Positions 11,198 through 23,241 are shown, numbered from the whole stretch's first letter. The stretch is 63,995 nucleotides of DNA, filler included, from Saprolegnia diclina VS20 (GCF_000281045.1; 5 parts of 2 records of this genome joined end to end with filler, not necessarily neighbours in it); one strand, 5' to 3'. Numbers and translations: made by a program. The notes: generated by a model not told the origin, from the letters alone.

Positions 11198-13123
11198 TCA
11201 GTAGTCAAAGTCCTCGTAATCACTGTCGTCGCCTTCGTCTTCGATGTCTTCGTCCGATTTGTCCTCGAGGTCCGAGACGATCTCGGCGTTGCGCACATCC
11301 AGGTCATTGGGCAGGTCCTCCCGTGCAGGGTCGATGAGCGCCGTGTACTGCTTCCACGCGGCCAAGTCGCCCGTGAACCCGGCCGCGTTGTAAATGTCTT
11401 GGGCTGCGCGGACGTACTTGGCACTCAGCGCGCGCGCGATCGCAAGGTTGCAGCGGTGCTTGGTCTCATCGCGGGCGACGAGCAGCTCTAACGTCTTGTA
11501 CTTGTAGTTGCAGGCCGCCCTGTAGATGCCCTGGTACGTGAATGAGGCGCCGGCCGCCAAGAGGTACGTTGTAATTTCGTTGAAGCCTTGCCCGGCCGCG
11601 CGATCGGTCGCCTCGTCGGTGCACGGCTCGTTGTAGACTTGGTGATGCTTGCGCACCCAGTCAAACTCGCCCCACTGCGCCGCCCACGCCATCGCGCGGT
11701 CGCTGCGAAAGCCACGTGCGTAGTGGTCCCACACAATGTCTTCTTGGCCGTGGCCGGCCGCAGCCTCGAGCGTTGTCTGCGAGAGAAGCTCGGGCCGGAC
11801 GCCGACCAAAAACGTGTAGAGGTCGTCGTCGATGTTCCAGAGTGCGTCTTCCAAAGCGCGAGACGTGCAGCCTTCGCTCGGACGATGCGTCTGCAGGAAA
11901 TGAACAATCTCTACGTGGTCTTTACGAATCGCGGCATTCATGGGCTTGGTGCCCGCGGTCCCGACCGGCACGCGACCGTGCAAATACTGAAGGATGTGCA
12001 AATGGCCGTGGCGCGCAGCTTCGGTCATCGCCTTGACGAGGTGGCTGGCGTCGTGATAATGGACACACAAGAACGTCACGACTGGAAGTGATCCGGTCGC
12101 CGCCGCGCTCGTGAAGGCAGCCTCCGAGCAGCCTTCGGTGCGGTGCCGATGTAGAAACTGCACCGCCTCGAGCTGGTTGGAGCAGGCGGCGGCGTCCATC
12201 ACGCGCGCTGTGCATGGTACCGACAAGGCGGCCCGCAGAAAGCGAAGATCGCCGCAGCTCGCTGCCTCGATCAGCGACGTTTCCGGAAAGCCGTACCCAC
12301 GCGCGTCTTCGAGAAAAGAGAGCATCGCCGCTCCGTTCGGCAGCTTTGCTCGCTGCTTGTACGCAAGGTCAAATCCGTGGCGGGAGCAGCCTTCGTCGCG
12401 GGCCAGGTGCAGCCACTTGACTACCTTGAGGTGGCCGTTCATGATCGCGTCGTCCATTGCACGCGTCGTGCAGTGCTTGTTGCCGGCGGCCGTGAGGCAC
12501 ATGAGCACATTCAGGTACCCGCGACCGGCCGCATGGTCCATGAGGAGGTCGTTGCTGTCCGGTGCGTCGCGCAGACGTGCGAGATCGACGCCGTAGTCGT
12601 CGCCCAGAGCGTAGAGCAGCGCTGCGTGGCCACCGTACGCCGCGGCGTGGGCGAGCGCGATCGGGCGATGCAAGTACGGCGTTACGGCAAAGTCCCAGCA
12701 GTTGCGCAAGCCAACATCGTCGAGGCTACTCGGCTGAATGTCGAACGACAAGTTGCGCCGCCGCGCTTCTCGGCCGTTGATGTCGTAGCCGTCACGAAAG
12801 CCGCAGTCGAGGGTGACGGCGTACCCGATGGCCGCTTGATACCGCTCGTACATGAAAAGCGTCCGAATGTGCTCGAACGATCCGCTCACGCGGTCGCGCT
12901 CACGGCTCGGGCCGCCGCTCGGTAGTGACGTCAAGTCGCCGGGCCAGTCCATTGCGTACGCATCAATGTACACAGCTTCAATCTCGGCGTCCGAGCGACT
13001 CGACGATGCGCTGGCCCAAATGCCGCGGCCCAAGTGGTAGAGCGAGAGCGGTCCGGCAAAGTCGAGGATGCGTGTCGAGAGGACGTCGTCGAGGCCATCG
13101 ATGCGAGCGAGGAGATCTGTCAT
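11198..13123 (-). CDS. Ankyrin-repeat protein (oomycete 'CTxxAMDxA..GHL' type) with acidic C-terminus
   Basis: Repeated AMDxAxxxGHL/EGCS units. ATG at 13123 is preceded by an Inr-like TCATTTC on the minus strand. Confidence 0.88.
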   Translation of the reverse strand: MTDLLARIDGLDDVLSTRILDFAGPLSLYHLGRGIWASASSSRSDAEIEAVYIDAYAMDWPGDLTSLPSGGPSRERDRVSGSFEHIRTLFMYERYQAAIGYAVTLDCGFRDGYDINGREARRRNLSFDIQPSSLDDVGLRNCWDFAVTPYLHRPIALAHAAAYGGHAALLYALGDDYGVDLARLRDAPDSNDLLMDHAAGRGYLNVLMCLTAAGNKHCTTRAMDDAIMNGHLKVVKWLHLARDEGCSRHGFDLAYKQRAKLPNGAAMLSFLEDARGYGFPETSLIEAASCGDLRFLRAALSVPCTARVMDAAACSNQLEAVQFLHRHRTEGCSEAAFTSAAATGSLPVVTFLCVHYHDASHLVKAMTEAARHGHLHILQYLHGRVPVGTAGTKPMNAAIRKDHVEIVHFLQTHRPSEGCTSRALEDALWNIDDDLYTFLVGVRPELLSQTTLEAAAGHGQEDIVWDHYARGFRSDRAMAWAAQWGEFDWVRKHHQVYNEPCTDEATDRAAGQGFNEITTYLLAAGASFTYQGIYRAACNYKYKTLELLVARDETKHRCNLAIARALSAKYVRAAQDIYNAAGFTGDLAAWKQYTALIDPAREDLPNDLDVRNAEIVSDLEDKSDEDIEDEGDDSDYEDFDY

Positions 13124-13895
13124 GCGGGCTGTGTCTTCTGAAATGAACAAAGGGTTTACAACATGCCCTATGTTGTGGCAGCGCAGATGGCAACGAGTGC
13201 CACCTGTCCTTGTGTGTAACCAAAGCACATATTGCCAAACCGGCTGAAATTCCCAATAAAATCTCATCCACAAAGATTTGTCGACTAAAATGCAAAATCC
13301 CTGAGCAAGCTCGCCATTGAATAATGAAGATGCGGGAGCTTGTAAAATCATTGCCATCGTGATTGCTCCTCGCGACGAGTGTGTTTGAATCATCCGTGCA
13401 CCGGCGGTTTCCGCTCGTTTCTTATTGTACTGCAGACCAGAAGGTACTAGTGTACTAGTAGTATTTGAAACCACGTTAAAAGGTCGACCAAGGCCGCGTG
13501 TTGCTTGGTTTCTTTCTTCGGCCCTGAATCAGCTCACTGTGCTCTCATGAGTTGGAAGAGCTTTCTTGCACTGAACGAGGTCCAATGATTCCATCTCCAC
13601 CTCAACAGCACCAGCAGTGGTCGGGCCGAGTTCTTTGGCGGCCGTTGCAAGGTATGGCAGGAGGACCCCCGGTCACCCATGTATCTGTTACAAAAGCCTG
13701 GGCAAGAAGTCGGGGGGCCTTGGGGTCGGAGGGCCTACCCTAGGGTCCCAAGGAGCCCGGAGGGCGGGGGTTTGGGACCTCTCGGACCCTACCCTAGGGT
13801 AGCGATTGACCCCCCAAGGTTTTTCAAGAAACACTAAGCTTATCTCCAGTGTGAAAGCACAGGATGCATTCCATTGTAAATGCAAGCTTCGTTGA

Positions 13896-14290
13896 TTAAA
13901 CAGTATTATACACGGCCGTGACTTCGTCACCGCGGAAGGTGACGTATTCGTGTGTGCTTCGGAGCACATGCTGGTGAAGTTCATCCCACTCGACCGCGCA
14001 GGCGTGGATGAAGGTGTCCTTGGTAGCTGCGGCCTTGGTCTCGATGCGCCACTTGTTGTACGACTTGGCATAGACAGACAAAGGCATTGTCGTCGAGGAG
14101 ATCGATTGGCTGGTCGCGCACCATGGCTTCGGCAATAGCGCACACATAGATGCCGCAGTCGAGGCCGTTCTTTTGCTGTGTTTGGGGATAGAGCACGCGC
14201 CAAGCTGATTCATCGGCAAGCACATCGTCATTGCTGCTAGGAATCGTCGGTCCCTCGCAGTACCCGAAGCTGAGAAGCGAGGCATGCGCA
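13896..14290 (-). pseudogene. Ulp1/SENP-like (peptidase C48) catalytic-Cys fragment
   Basis: PQTQQKNGLDCGIYVCAIAEAM matches QQxNGxDCG. No upstream His/Asp region is seen and the frame appears broken downstream. Confidence 0.75.
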
Positions 14291-14345
14291 GCAGCGGCCG
14301 TCAAGCCGTCACTTGAGATTGGGAAACCTCTCGCCGGCGTCGTTT

Positions 14346-14545
14346 GTTCACGTTGTGAACGTACAAAATAGAGAATATTCAGGTCGGGTACGTACAACAT
14401 AGTGTATGTTCACGTTGTGAACTTGCAAAATAGAATGTGTTCAGGTCGGGTACGTACAAAATAGTGTATGTTCACGTTGTGAACTTACAAAATAGAATAT
14501 GTTCAGGTCGAGTACGTACAAAATAGTGTAAGTTCACGTTTACAA
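14346..14545. repeat. Tandem repeat, 62-bp unit x about 3.2, made of two related ~31-bp subunits
   Basis: GTTCACGTT starts at 14346, 14408, 14470 and 14532. Confidence 0.92.
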
Positions 14546-15407
14546 AACCATGCATTGCGCTTCACCATGGCAACTTGGGAATGATCACGGCGACGGGTTT
14601 GACGTCACTCATGTGGCAGAGACATCGGCGCTGCTCCCGTATAGTGCCAACGACCTCCACCGGCATAGGAAGTTATGCCGCGATGCTATTGGCCGATGGT
14701 GTTCAATACGCTGTTTCTATTGGCCAATCAGTGGGGGTCCTATTTACCCTAGGGTCTATCTACAAATAGGGATGTATGAGGGGCGGGGGGCGGCCGCCTG
14801 GCCAGGTCTACCCTAGGGTAAGCCTTGACCCCCCTGGGTGACCAGGGGTCCTATGGCAGGCTTGGGATAGGAAAAATGAAGCAAGCGTCGTAACGACTAC
14901 AATTCTTGGTGCAGTTGCGAATNNNNNNNNNNNNNNNNNNNNNNNNNNNNNNNNNNNNNNNNNNNNNNNNNNNNNNNNNNNNNNNNNNNNNNNNNNNNNN
15001 NNNNNNNNNNNNNNNNNNNNNNAGTACGTATTTGTTTTCAAATTCTCGAACAATTTTGTGCTTCCGTTCCAACAAATTCCATCTAGATATTCAACGCGAG
15101 CTAATACTTGGCGCTTCATAAAACAGACTTGTCGTCGCGCCTCTGAAATGATCCCAGTGACGTGGTTCGCGCACAGGGCGTAATTTCGTGCAATTTTAGT
15201 CAAAAATAATTCCTTGAAAAATCACCCAGTGCCCAGGGATGCCGCAAATCAGCACGTTGAGCCTCTGTCCGTCACTAGCGAGTTGTAGTGGGCCGTTGGA
15301 TATGATCCCAGCATTTTCCAACATTTGCTAGTATATTCTGGCGCGAAATAAAAATCGTTGTGCCCTGGAGTGTCCGCATTGGCAATTATCAACCAAAAAA
15401 ACAAAAA

Positions 15408-15480
15408 TGCTCCCTGCCAGGATCGAACTGGCGGCCTTCAGATTATGAGACTGACGCTCTACCAACTGAGCCAAAGGAGC
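15408..15480 (-). tRNA. tRNA-Met(CAT), elongator type
   Basis: GCTCCTTTGGCTCAGTTGGTAGAGCGTCAGTCTCATAATCTGAAGGCCGCCAGTTCGATCCTGGCAGGGAGCA; cloverleaf, A/B boxes, downstream T-run. Confidence 0.95.
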
Positions 15481-15762
15481 CTGTGTCAATAGTGTGACAT
15501 TATATTAATTAACAATAAAGAATATTGTTCAAGCTGCATGCTGTTTTTTTTTGCACAAGCACATGCACATCTCACAAATTCACATAACGCACGTCTCCAC
15601 TATGCCTGTCTCCTAGAATGCAGTGACGTATCCTTGGAACGCTTGACCGAGCGTTGGTCGTGAGCCCTGGGCTGGTAGAATGAGGCGATGCTATTGGCCG
15701 AAAGACGATTATTTTATCCAATGGCATTGCGCATAGATTGACAGTCTCCAAGGCGCAGCGTG

Positions 15763-16853
15763 ATGGACAAGGACCGCAAGGACGAACCTGACCCGTATGC
15801 GGCGCTGCGGCAGACCGTAGGCGACACGCTCACGCGTCTTCGCGACGACGTCGACAGCAACCTCGTCGTGTTTCGCTATGGCTGCATGGTCACGATGGTA
15901 GACCACCAACCATCTCTCTTTGACGACGCCTTATTTGACCGCTAGCTCGGCTGCGTCTACGTGACTGTACGCTCGACTGGCGCGGTACACATTGCATACG
16001 GCATCTCATTGCTGGTGACATCTCATTGCTGGTGACTCATCGTGACTAGCTCACGCGTTTTTCGACGATTCCGACGCTGCCACTCGGGAAGAAGGTCGTC
16101 GCGCGCGTCGTGGGCCAGCACCCCAAGGACCCTACCGTGCTCTACGTCTACCACACGCCGTTCCTTCGGCGCGTGTTCTTGCGCGAGACGCTGCCTCGCG
16201 GCATGTCTGGCCACGAGCTCATCGGTGACCCGACCAAGTGCGGCGTCCTCGCCGTCCGGCCATTTGGCGTGCAGTTCGAGACCGACGTACATCTACTCCA
16301 GAGAAACTTGGGTCCTAACGCGCCGCGACAGGACGTTTTGTACTCGCACCTTGTGTCCAAGCAGCGCTACGTCAAGCTCGAGATGCTCTACCGGTACTGC
16401 GATACGACTTTTGGCGATTATCTCTCAGGCGTCGCAGGACCAAGGAACCGGATCTCGGCGTCTGTGCCATGTCCACACGCAGTGTACGAGCTTTGTTCCA
16501 AGACGATGTGTAGAGACTCATGCTCGACTAGTACATTCGCCGCCAGGACGTGGCCGAGACGGCCGTCTCGCAAGGCGTTGGTGTCTGCCGCGTCGAGTCG
16601 TTTGCAGAAACGGGTGTCACGAGCGCAAGGTAGACGGAGTGTCGATACCATGACACTCATGATGCGTAGCTGCGTCCCCAAGATGGAAGCCCGCGCCCAG
16701 CGACTCTTGCACTGCGAGAAGCACGCGCAGACCATGCGCTTTGGTCGCTGGAAGGACTGGCAAGAAGACGAGCTCAGCCAGCGGATCGTCTCGGCGGGCA
16801 AGCGCGCGTCCAACGCAGCGCTGCACAAGGTGTTTGGCGTCTTCAAGTCGTAA
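15763..16853 (+). CDS. Staphylococcal-nuclease-like (C3orf33/LCL3-like) membrane-anchored protein, spliced
   Basis: Spliced reading: short hydrophobic segment, LTRFSTIP, LYVYHTP, LAVRPFGV, DVAETAVSQGVG, LLHCEKHAQTMRFGRW. These resemble successive SNase-fold motifs. Confidence 0.55.
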
Positions 16854-17249
16854 GCATCTCAATGCCAGTTTCAGGACATGGAGTCCGTCGCACGCTTGTT
16901 TAGGGTGTACTGGTATCTGTGTCGGTACCACTACGGATGGTGATTTCGTGACCGTTGGATCCTGAGGCCGGAGGGAAATCTTCTCATAGAGGCTCTTTGG
17001 GTTCGACTGGCTCTTCGCTTCTCAGGTGGTTCGAGAACCGGGGCTTGCATGCGATCTCGAGCGAGCTAACATCCCTCTCCTGGTGGTGAAAGAAGATCGC
17101 AGAAAGCGTCTTGACACGGAGCGCACCCGGCAATCAAGCGCTACGCCCACGTCGTCGGTGTACTGTGTCTTTGCGTCCCTTGGTCGAAGACATTGCTAGT
17201 GTCTTTGATTTCTCGAAACGCGGCATCAGTCGCTACGGGAGACCGACTT

Positions 17250-18830
17250 GGCCGACGCGAACGTCGGCATTGCTGACACAACGAGCTCGTGCTCTCGGCC
17301 ATGTCGATCTTTGACGCGCAGAGTCCATTGCCGGCCATTCCCCGACTCGTGCACCGCGAGGAACACACGTCGCCGTACGTCCTGCCACTGCAGCGCATTC
17401 GGATGGCGCTTCAAAGCATCAACTCTCGTTCATTTTTATTGCGGATATCGCTGCACTTCGAAAGGGACTGCCCGTGAACGTGACTACACCGATGCTGCAC
17501 GGTCTCTTGACGATTCATGGCTGGGTCCCGCTGCAGCCTGCGATGCTCGGACTTGTCTAGCGCTGGATGAAGACGCACGCGGAAGCAACTCTGAAGCTGC
17601 TCACGAGCTTGGCTGGTCTCGAGGATGAAGATGTTGACACGTCCGTGTGCCCACCGCTGCGACAGCCGTTGCAGGCAGAGCTCTTCAAGCGCTTGACCTT
17701 GCCATAACGACACCCGGTCCCTTCACCAAGACTGACTGGAAGCACCGTGGCTGCGTCTTTGCCAAATGTCGTCTCTTGCTCAAGCACTATGTGACGACAA
17801 CCGCGCCGCAGCGGGTCGATGCCAGCTACGTACGTCTGCCGTCGGTCCTTGTCGCTGCCATTGACGCCTTCCTCTTTCCAACGCACCCGTCGGTGACGAG
17901 TTTCTTTTCACCAACAAACGCACTCGACCTGCTCCAGGACTTTGCCGGCGGTCTGGCGTATGCACCCAACCGATGCTGCCAATGTCGGACACTCTCATCG
18001 AAACCATTTTCGACGCGCATCGGGCGCCCATGGCGCCGGAGCACTTGCGCACCCGCCACCATGCGACGTCGCGTCGGACAACTAACTTTGCATGCTTCCG
18101 GCCGTCGCGTCCATCGCCACGCAGTTGGACACCGCGGGCCCTTGTCGTGCGCTACAGTACGCTGTACGTCAACAGCGTGCCGAGGCGCTGCTCAACGATG
18201 GGGTATCGGGGCATATGTACTGGCAAGGGCGAAACAAGAGCCCGTTGTATTTGCATTTGAGCGACGACGGCAACACGAACGACGCCACATTTCATGCCGG
18301 CGCGCTCTTGTTCCTTGACGCTCCTTTTGCAGCAGTTTGCGCCTCAGGATGTCGTCCCATTTGCAACGAAATGGCCGCAGATTCTACCAGCGACGCTCGA
18401 TGCGCTTAGCGATCGGCTTGTGCCGAATGCGATGCGTCTCGACCATGGCAGCGATGTCCATCGATCGGTGGGCGCACTTGCCACCGCTACCGCACGTCAC
18501 CGACTTTGCAACGACGCCGCCTCCGGATCTCAACCCGGAACATTGCGACCGGTGCAAGGATGCACATGCCTCTTTAGCCCAAGCGGGTCACGCTGAGCTG
18601 GTGATGACGGGTCTCTGCCCCGACCTCGTACGCATCATCGACGCTGATGACGCGCGTATTCGCTTTCTCATTGATGGCGAAGATGCATTCAGGCGGGGGA
18701 TGACGACGTTGCTTATCCACGTATGTAAGGGCGGTACATCGGTGAAAAACACCCCAGCCCGGTCAAGATTTCGAGGCCGAGTGGCGCGCCCACCAGATGG
18801 AGCTCCAGGCTCTGGCCCATAACGATAGTG
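17250..18830 (+). pseudogene. Frameshifted remnant of an unknown gene
   Basis: Protein-like stretches hop between frames with stops; no recognisable family. Confidence 0.3.
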
Positions 18831-19047
18831 ATCAACGCCTTGAAGAGCCAACTGCGTGCAGAGGATGATGAGGAGCCACCGGTCAAGCGTGTGCGGCAAT
18901 TCTAAGTGTCGTAAGAGTCCTTGGTTTTGAGCCCCTCGGTGCGGTGACGTGCGTGTGAACTGAACTGTTGGTACGGAGAACGAGCTGGAATTCGGAGACT
19001 AAGTTGTAGACAACGACACGAATGGATTTATTGTTTCGAAGCACCGC

Positions 19048-19575
19048 TTAGCCGTAGCAGCGGATCTGGTCGGTCGAGCCGACGCGGGAGCACTGGCCGC
19101 CCTTCTCGAGGTACTTTTGGTGGTAGTCCTCGGCGTGGTAGAAAATGCCAGCGGGCACAATCTCGGTGGCCACTTCGGCCTTGATGGCCTCGGCCTTCTG
19201 CGCCTTGGCCTCTTCGGCCGCGACGCGCTGCTCTTCGTTGTGGTAGAAGATACCCGACCGGTACTGCGTGCCGATGTCCTCCTTTTGGCGGTTGACGGTC
19301 GTCGGGTCGTGGATCTCAAAGAACTTGTCAAGGAGCTGCTTGTACGTGATCTTGCTCTCGTCAAACTTGATCTGGACGGCCTCGGCGTGGTTGGTGTCGC
19401 CCTTGCACACCTGCTTGTAGCTCGGGTTCTCGGTCGTACCGTTGATGTACCCGACGTGCGAGTCGACGACGCCCTCGAGACGCTGGAAGTTGAGCTGGAC
19501 GCTCCAGAAGCAGCCAGCGGCAAAGGTCGCAAGCGCCTCGTTGGGCTCGAGCGTCACGGGCACCGTCTTGGTCAT
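19048..19575 (-). CDS. msrA: Peptide methionine sulfoxide reductase A (no leader peptide)
   Basis: [32 protein letters not shown]-terminal IRCYG. Confidence 0.97.
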   Translation of the reverse strand: MTKTVPVTLEPNEALATFAAGCFWSVQLNFQRLEGVVDSHVGYINGTTENPSYKQVCKGDTNHAEAVQIKFDESKITYKQLLDKFFEIHDPTTVNRQKEDIGTQYRSGIFYHNEEQRVAAEEAKAQKAEAIKAEVATEIVPAGIFYHAEDYHQKYLEKGGQCSRVGSTDQIRCYG

Positions 19576-19584
19576 TGTTCAAAA

Positions 19585-19601
19585 GGCAATTTCAGAAGTG
19601 A
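19585..19601 (-). promoter_or_regulatory. Oomycete Inr+FPR core promoter
   Basis: TCACTTCTGAAATTGCC just upstream of the msrA ATG; several CCAAT boxes at 19720-19840. Confidence 0.6.
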
Positions 19602-20362
19602 GGTTCATCCCCGGGACTTACCGTGCCGCCATCTGGCTCCCGAGGACCCGCGACAGACAGCCAGTTGGGATTTACCGTGCCCTCTTGGGTACTCCGGATA
19701 GTAACCGGATGCTTCCAACTGATTGGATTGGACGTCCAGTGACGTCAGGAAACAAGCCAATCATGTCGTTAGAAATGGTTTCCGCCAATCACAACTCGCA
19801 ATTTAAAGATCGGGGATAGGGGACAACGAGCCAATCCAATCGATGATTGCGCCACTCCAACGCATTTCCAAGCTTGAAGATCTTCCGACGCGCGATGGAC
19901 GGTGAACATGTAGAGGTTGCCAAAGACAGCTGTAGCGAGCTTGCGCAGGCCGAACAACGGGCGAAAGATCGCGAACACTCGGACGCACCGTGTTGGGGCC
20001 ATGGATAAGCAGCACCAAGCCATCCACGTCACCAGAATGCTTGCCTTGGAAACGAATGGACGCGTCTGTGGGTGTCTGATCACCGACCAACTTCAACTGA
20101 TAACTCGCAGCACATCGACCTCGACTCTGCACCGACAGCGAGCTCCGACAAGCTCACTCGGATTGACGTTGTTGCTGGGTCACGTGGGCGAGGGCCGGGT
20201 ACTCTCGGTGCCTCCTTGTGCATTCGTGCGCTGCCTTCATGAGCTACCTACATGTCGAGTCTTGCAACCTGTACATGTCTTTCACGGAGACCAAGTCTCT
20301 CCATCAAGGATTAATTTTGGCTCGTATCATTGACCTTTTATGGAATTACTGCCACGGCGGGT

Positions 20363-20941
20363 TTAGCCGTAGCAGCGAATGGCGTCGGTTGAGCCCTTGC
20401 GCGCGCACTGCCCACCCTTTTCCAAGTACCGCTGGTGATAGTCCTCGGCAACGTAAAACGTTTCGGCGGCGACGACTTCGGTGACAATCGGTCGGTGAAA
20501 GCGTGGCTGCGCGGAGGCCTTGCAAGCCAGCGCGAGCGCCTTTTGCGCATCGTTATGGTAGTAAATACCGGACCGGTATTGCGTGCCAACGTCGTTCTTT
20601 TGCTGGTTGAGTGTCGTTGGGTCGTGGATGGACCAGAACTTGTCGAGGAGCGCGTCGTAGCTCACAATAGCCGGGTCAAACTTGACGCGAACCGCCTCGG
20701 CGTGGCCCGTCTTGCCCGTGCACACCTCAGTGTACGTCGGGTTGGTCTTTTGCCCATTCGTGTAGCCGACGTGCGTCTCGAGGACGCCGGGGATGCGCTG
20801 GAAGCTGAGCTCGACGCTCCAGAAGCAGCCTGCAGCGAAGGTCGCAATGTTGTCGCTGCCGCCGGCAACGGTCGATGCCTGGCGCGTCAGTACCCGGCGT
20901 GCCGGTGTCAAGTAAGCTCGGAGCGCGGCCCCACACATCAC
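20363..20941 (-). CDS. msrA: Peptide methionine sulfoxide reductase A with probable mitochondrial presequence
   Basis: Same motifs as the neighbouring copy. Arg/Ala-rich, acid-free N-terminus ([19 protein letters not shown]). Confidence 0.97.
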   Translation of the reverse strand: MMCGAALRAYLTPARRVLTRQASTVAGGSDNIATFAAGCFWSVELSFQRIPGVLETHVGYTNGQKTNPTYTEVCTGKTGHAEAVRVKFDPAIVSYDALLDKFWSIHDPTTLNQQKNDVGTQYRSGIYYHNDAQKALALACKASAQPRFHRPIVTEVVAAETFYVAEDYHQRYLEKGGQCARKGSTDAIRCYG

Positions 20942-21201
20942 TTCACTGTCGCCTCACTTTTTCAACGTCGCTCGAAACGGCAATCTCAGTGTTCCTATAA
21001 CGCGTGTTCCAACAAACATGTTCTTGTAGCGAGGGTTGAAGTTTCGAGAAGGACAACACATTGATCATCTTGAGATCACGCAGGAGAAGCCCTCATGCAT
21101 GTGAGCCACGAGCTAGGACTACGCTGTACGACAGGTTGCTTTCATTTCGCTTTAGGTACCTTGTAACGCCGGACCATCTTGGCCCGACTCGCGAGAGCAG
21201 A

Positions 21202-22512
21202 CTAGCGCTGCGGAATCGGCGCTTCAATTCCTTGCTCGGCCATCTTGGCCAGCATCGCTTGTTTCATAAGGGCTGCAAATTTGACCGAGTTGTCGCGGTG
21301 CAACCGAAGCATGATCTCTGTGAGGGTGCCAACGGCCGGTTGCTGGGCGCGCAGTGCCTGCGGAAACATGGGTGTCGTCGACTTGGCGTAGAGCGCAAAG
21401 AAACACTCGGTCTCGCTTCGTGCGTGAACTGTGACCCTAACCCGCTTCATAAGCTAGCGCGTGTATCGCATATTGCACCGCACCAGCCGACGCGGTTTTC
21501 GATCAAATGGTTATCGTCGTGGGGGACGAGGCGGTCCTCGATAATGGAGCGCCACGCAATGACGACTCTGTCGGCCTCAGTCCACCTTCGCCCCGCGAGG
21601 CGCGACTCGAGCGCCGGCATGGCTGCGTCCGACAGCTCCGTCGTGAGCCTATCCACGCGTCACAATCCTACTACGTCCACATTGTCCTACCGAATGTAGA
21701 CCAAGTCGGGCTCGAACGCATACAGCAGCTAGGGCCCTCCTCTGAGATGCAACTTCAAATCGGCAACGTCAACGCACCTCTTGTGTGGTGCCGGGCACGT
21801 TGCTTGTCATGTGGTCCCAGAGCAAGTCCGCCATCGCGCGAAACGGAAGCGGGCAAAGTGCCGTGCGTAGAAAGTGCAGCTCCATCGCGTTGTCGTCCGC
21901 TGCGCTTTGCACAAGCGACGACTTGAGGGGCGTGTTGGTGTCGATCGCGTCAAAGAGGCCGTGGCGAATCCACTCGGTCTCGAGTTTGTCGTACTGCAGC
22001 GCCATGAGTCGCTCAAGGTCCGAGTGCCGCTGCGTCGTGCGTAAGATCGCGCGCCGCCACAAATCGTTCTCTTCGTCAGTCTCTCGGATCGGAAAGTGCG
22101 CGAGCTTGGGGCGCTTGTGTAGCACGTGTTGGAGCGCCTGGAGGAGCTTGAGCGACTCGTGGAGCGTGGTCTTGAGCGACTCGTTTTCGTGGCGCGCCTT
22201 TTGAGCATTCTGGGCTTGCGCCAGTGCCTTGGCCTTCCACGATGACTCTTCCCACGGCTGCGCGCTCTGGAGTGCACTGTACTGCGCGACGAGGTCCGCG
22301 TGCTTGACGCGCAAGTAGGCAAGCTCCTCCTTGGGCGACGCACGGCGCTTCCGCGACGTGGACGTAGCCGACGTCGCGAGGCCAAAGTCGACTGTGGTTG
22401 CAAGAAAGTCCGAGAGGCTCTCGATCGACGTGTCATCGTTGGTGGTGGTGCTGGCCTGCATCGCCATTGGGAAATGCGGCGGATGATGATGGAAGGCTGC
22501 CGGAGCGGTCAT
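21202..22512 (-). CDS. Oomycete M96/bZIP-like coiled-coil plus START-like family protein, 3 introns
   Basis: KRRASPKEELAYLR coiled coil, ARHENESLK. Spliced exons give DRVVIAWRSIIEDRL; stop at 21204-21202. Confidence 0.7.
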
Positions 22513-23241
22513 CACGTGACCGTGATTACTGACAGTGTAGTACGAGGCACGCCTTGTGGTGCTCTCGTGCTTGTCTCTCACACAACTCGGTGGCTTTATA
22601 GCACCAGCACACAGGCACTCATCAGACCTTGTCCCGGGATACGTAGGTAGGACATTCGACCAGCTCGGCGAGGCCCAGAGCTTCGTGTCATACAAGAACG
22701 CAATGCGCTCGCCATTCCGGTGGACGAAAACGACTCGAGACAGTAGTCACGGTCAACCCGAGCAGTCCCGAATCTCTGTACGCAAGGTCGCTTTCCACGC
22801 GGACCAAGCGGACCAGAAACCATGTGAAATACATTAAAAGTACTACACATTCTAAGCTAGCTCATATTTGCAATACTACATGCTAAGATCTGAAGCCCCG
22901 TGCACATACGGCGATTCGCATCCACACGTATTGATCGACCTTGAGTCACTCAAGGTCCCGACATCGACTAACTCTGACTGCACCCTCAGATTTCAGACTT
23001 GTCGAACCTTTGCTTGCCTGGCACTTGCAGTGGCGCCAGCGATCATCGCCGAAGCTCGCGACCGAATCAACTTCCGTGGAAGCTCCTTCCAGACTAAACA
23101 TGCAATCTCACCACTCAGATCTGAGATCTGACCAATCAGATGTTGCCTGGTCGTGTCAGGATTTGCCTGTCAGCCAGCTCTGTCAGCCACAACCAGTGTC
23201 ACTTTACAACTTGCAAGAGCAGCAGCAGTAGCACGACGACC

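Larger units (their letters stand above)
13662..14852. mobile_element. Non-autonomous TIR DNA transposon (1191 bp) with 8-bp TSD, carrying a Ulp1/C48 protease fragment
   Basis: TIRs AGGACCCCCGGTCACCCA (13662-13679) and TGGGTGACCAGGGGTCCT (14835-14852), 17/18 match. ATGGCAGG duplicated at 13654-13661 and 14853-14860. Confidence 0.85.

Noticed and set aside
13124..13474. N-terminal extensions in the ORF track (also 39679-39945, 49692-49829, 23140-23241)
   Set aside because: Mostly non-ATG starts, and Inr/FPR-like motifs or compositional change support the downstream ATGs.
14346..14545. CRISPR-like appearance of palindromic regularly spaced repeats
   Set aside because: The spacers are themselves repeated, there are no cas genes, and the context is eukaryotic; it is a minisatellite.
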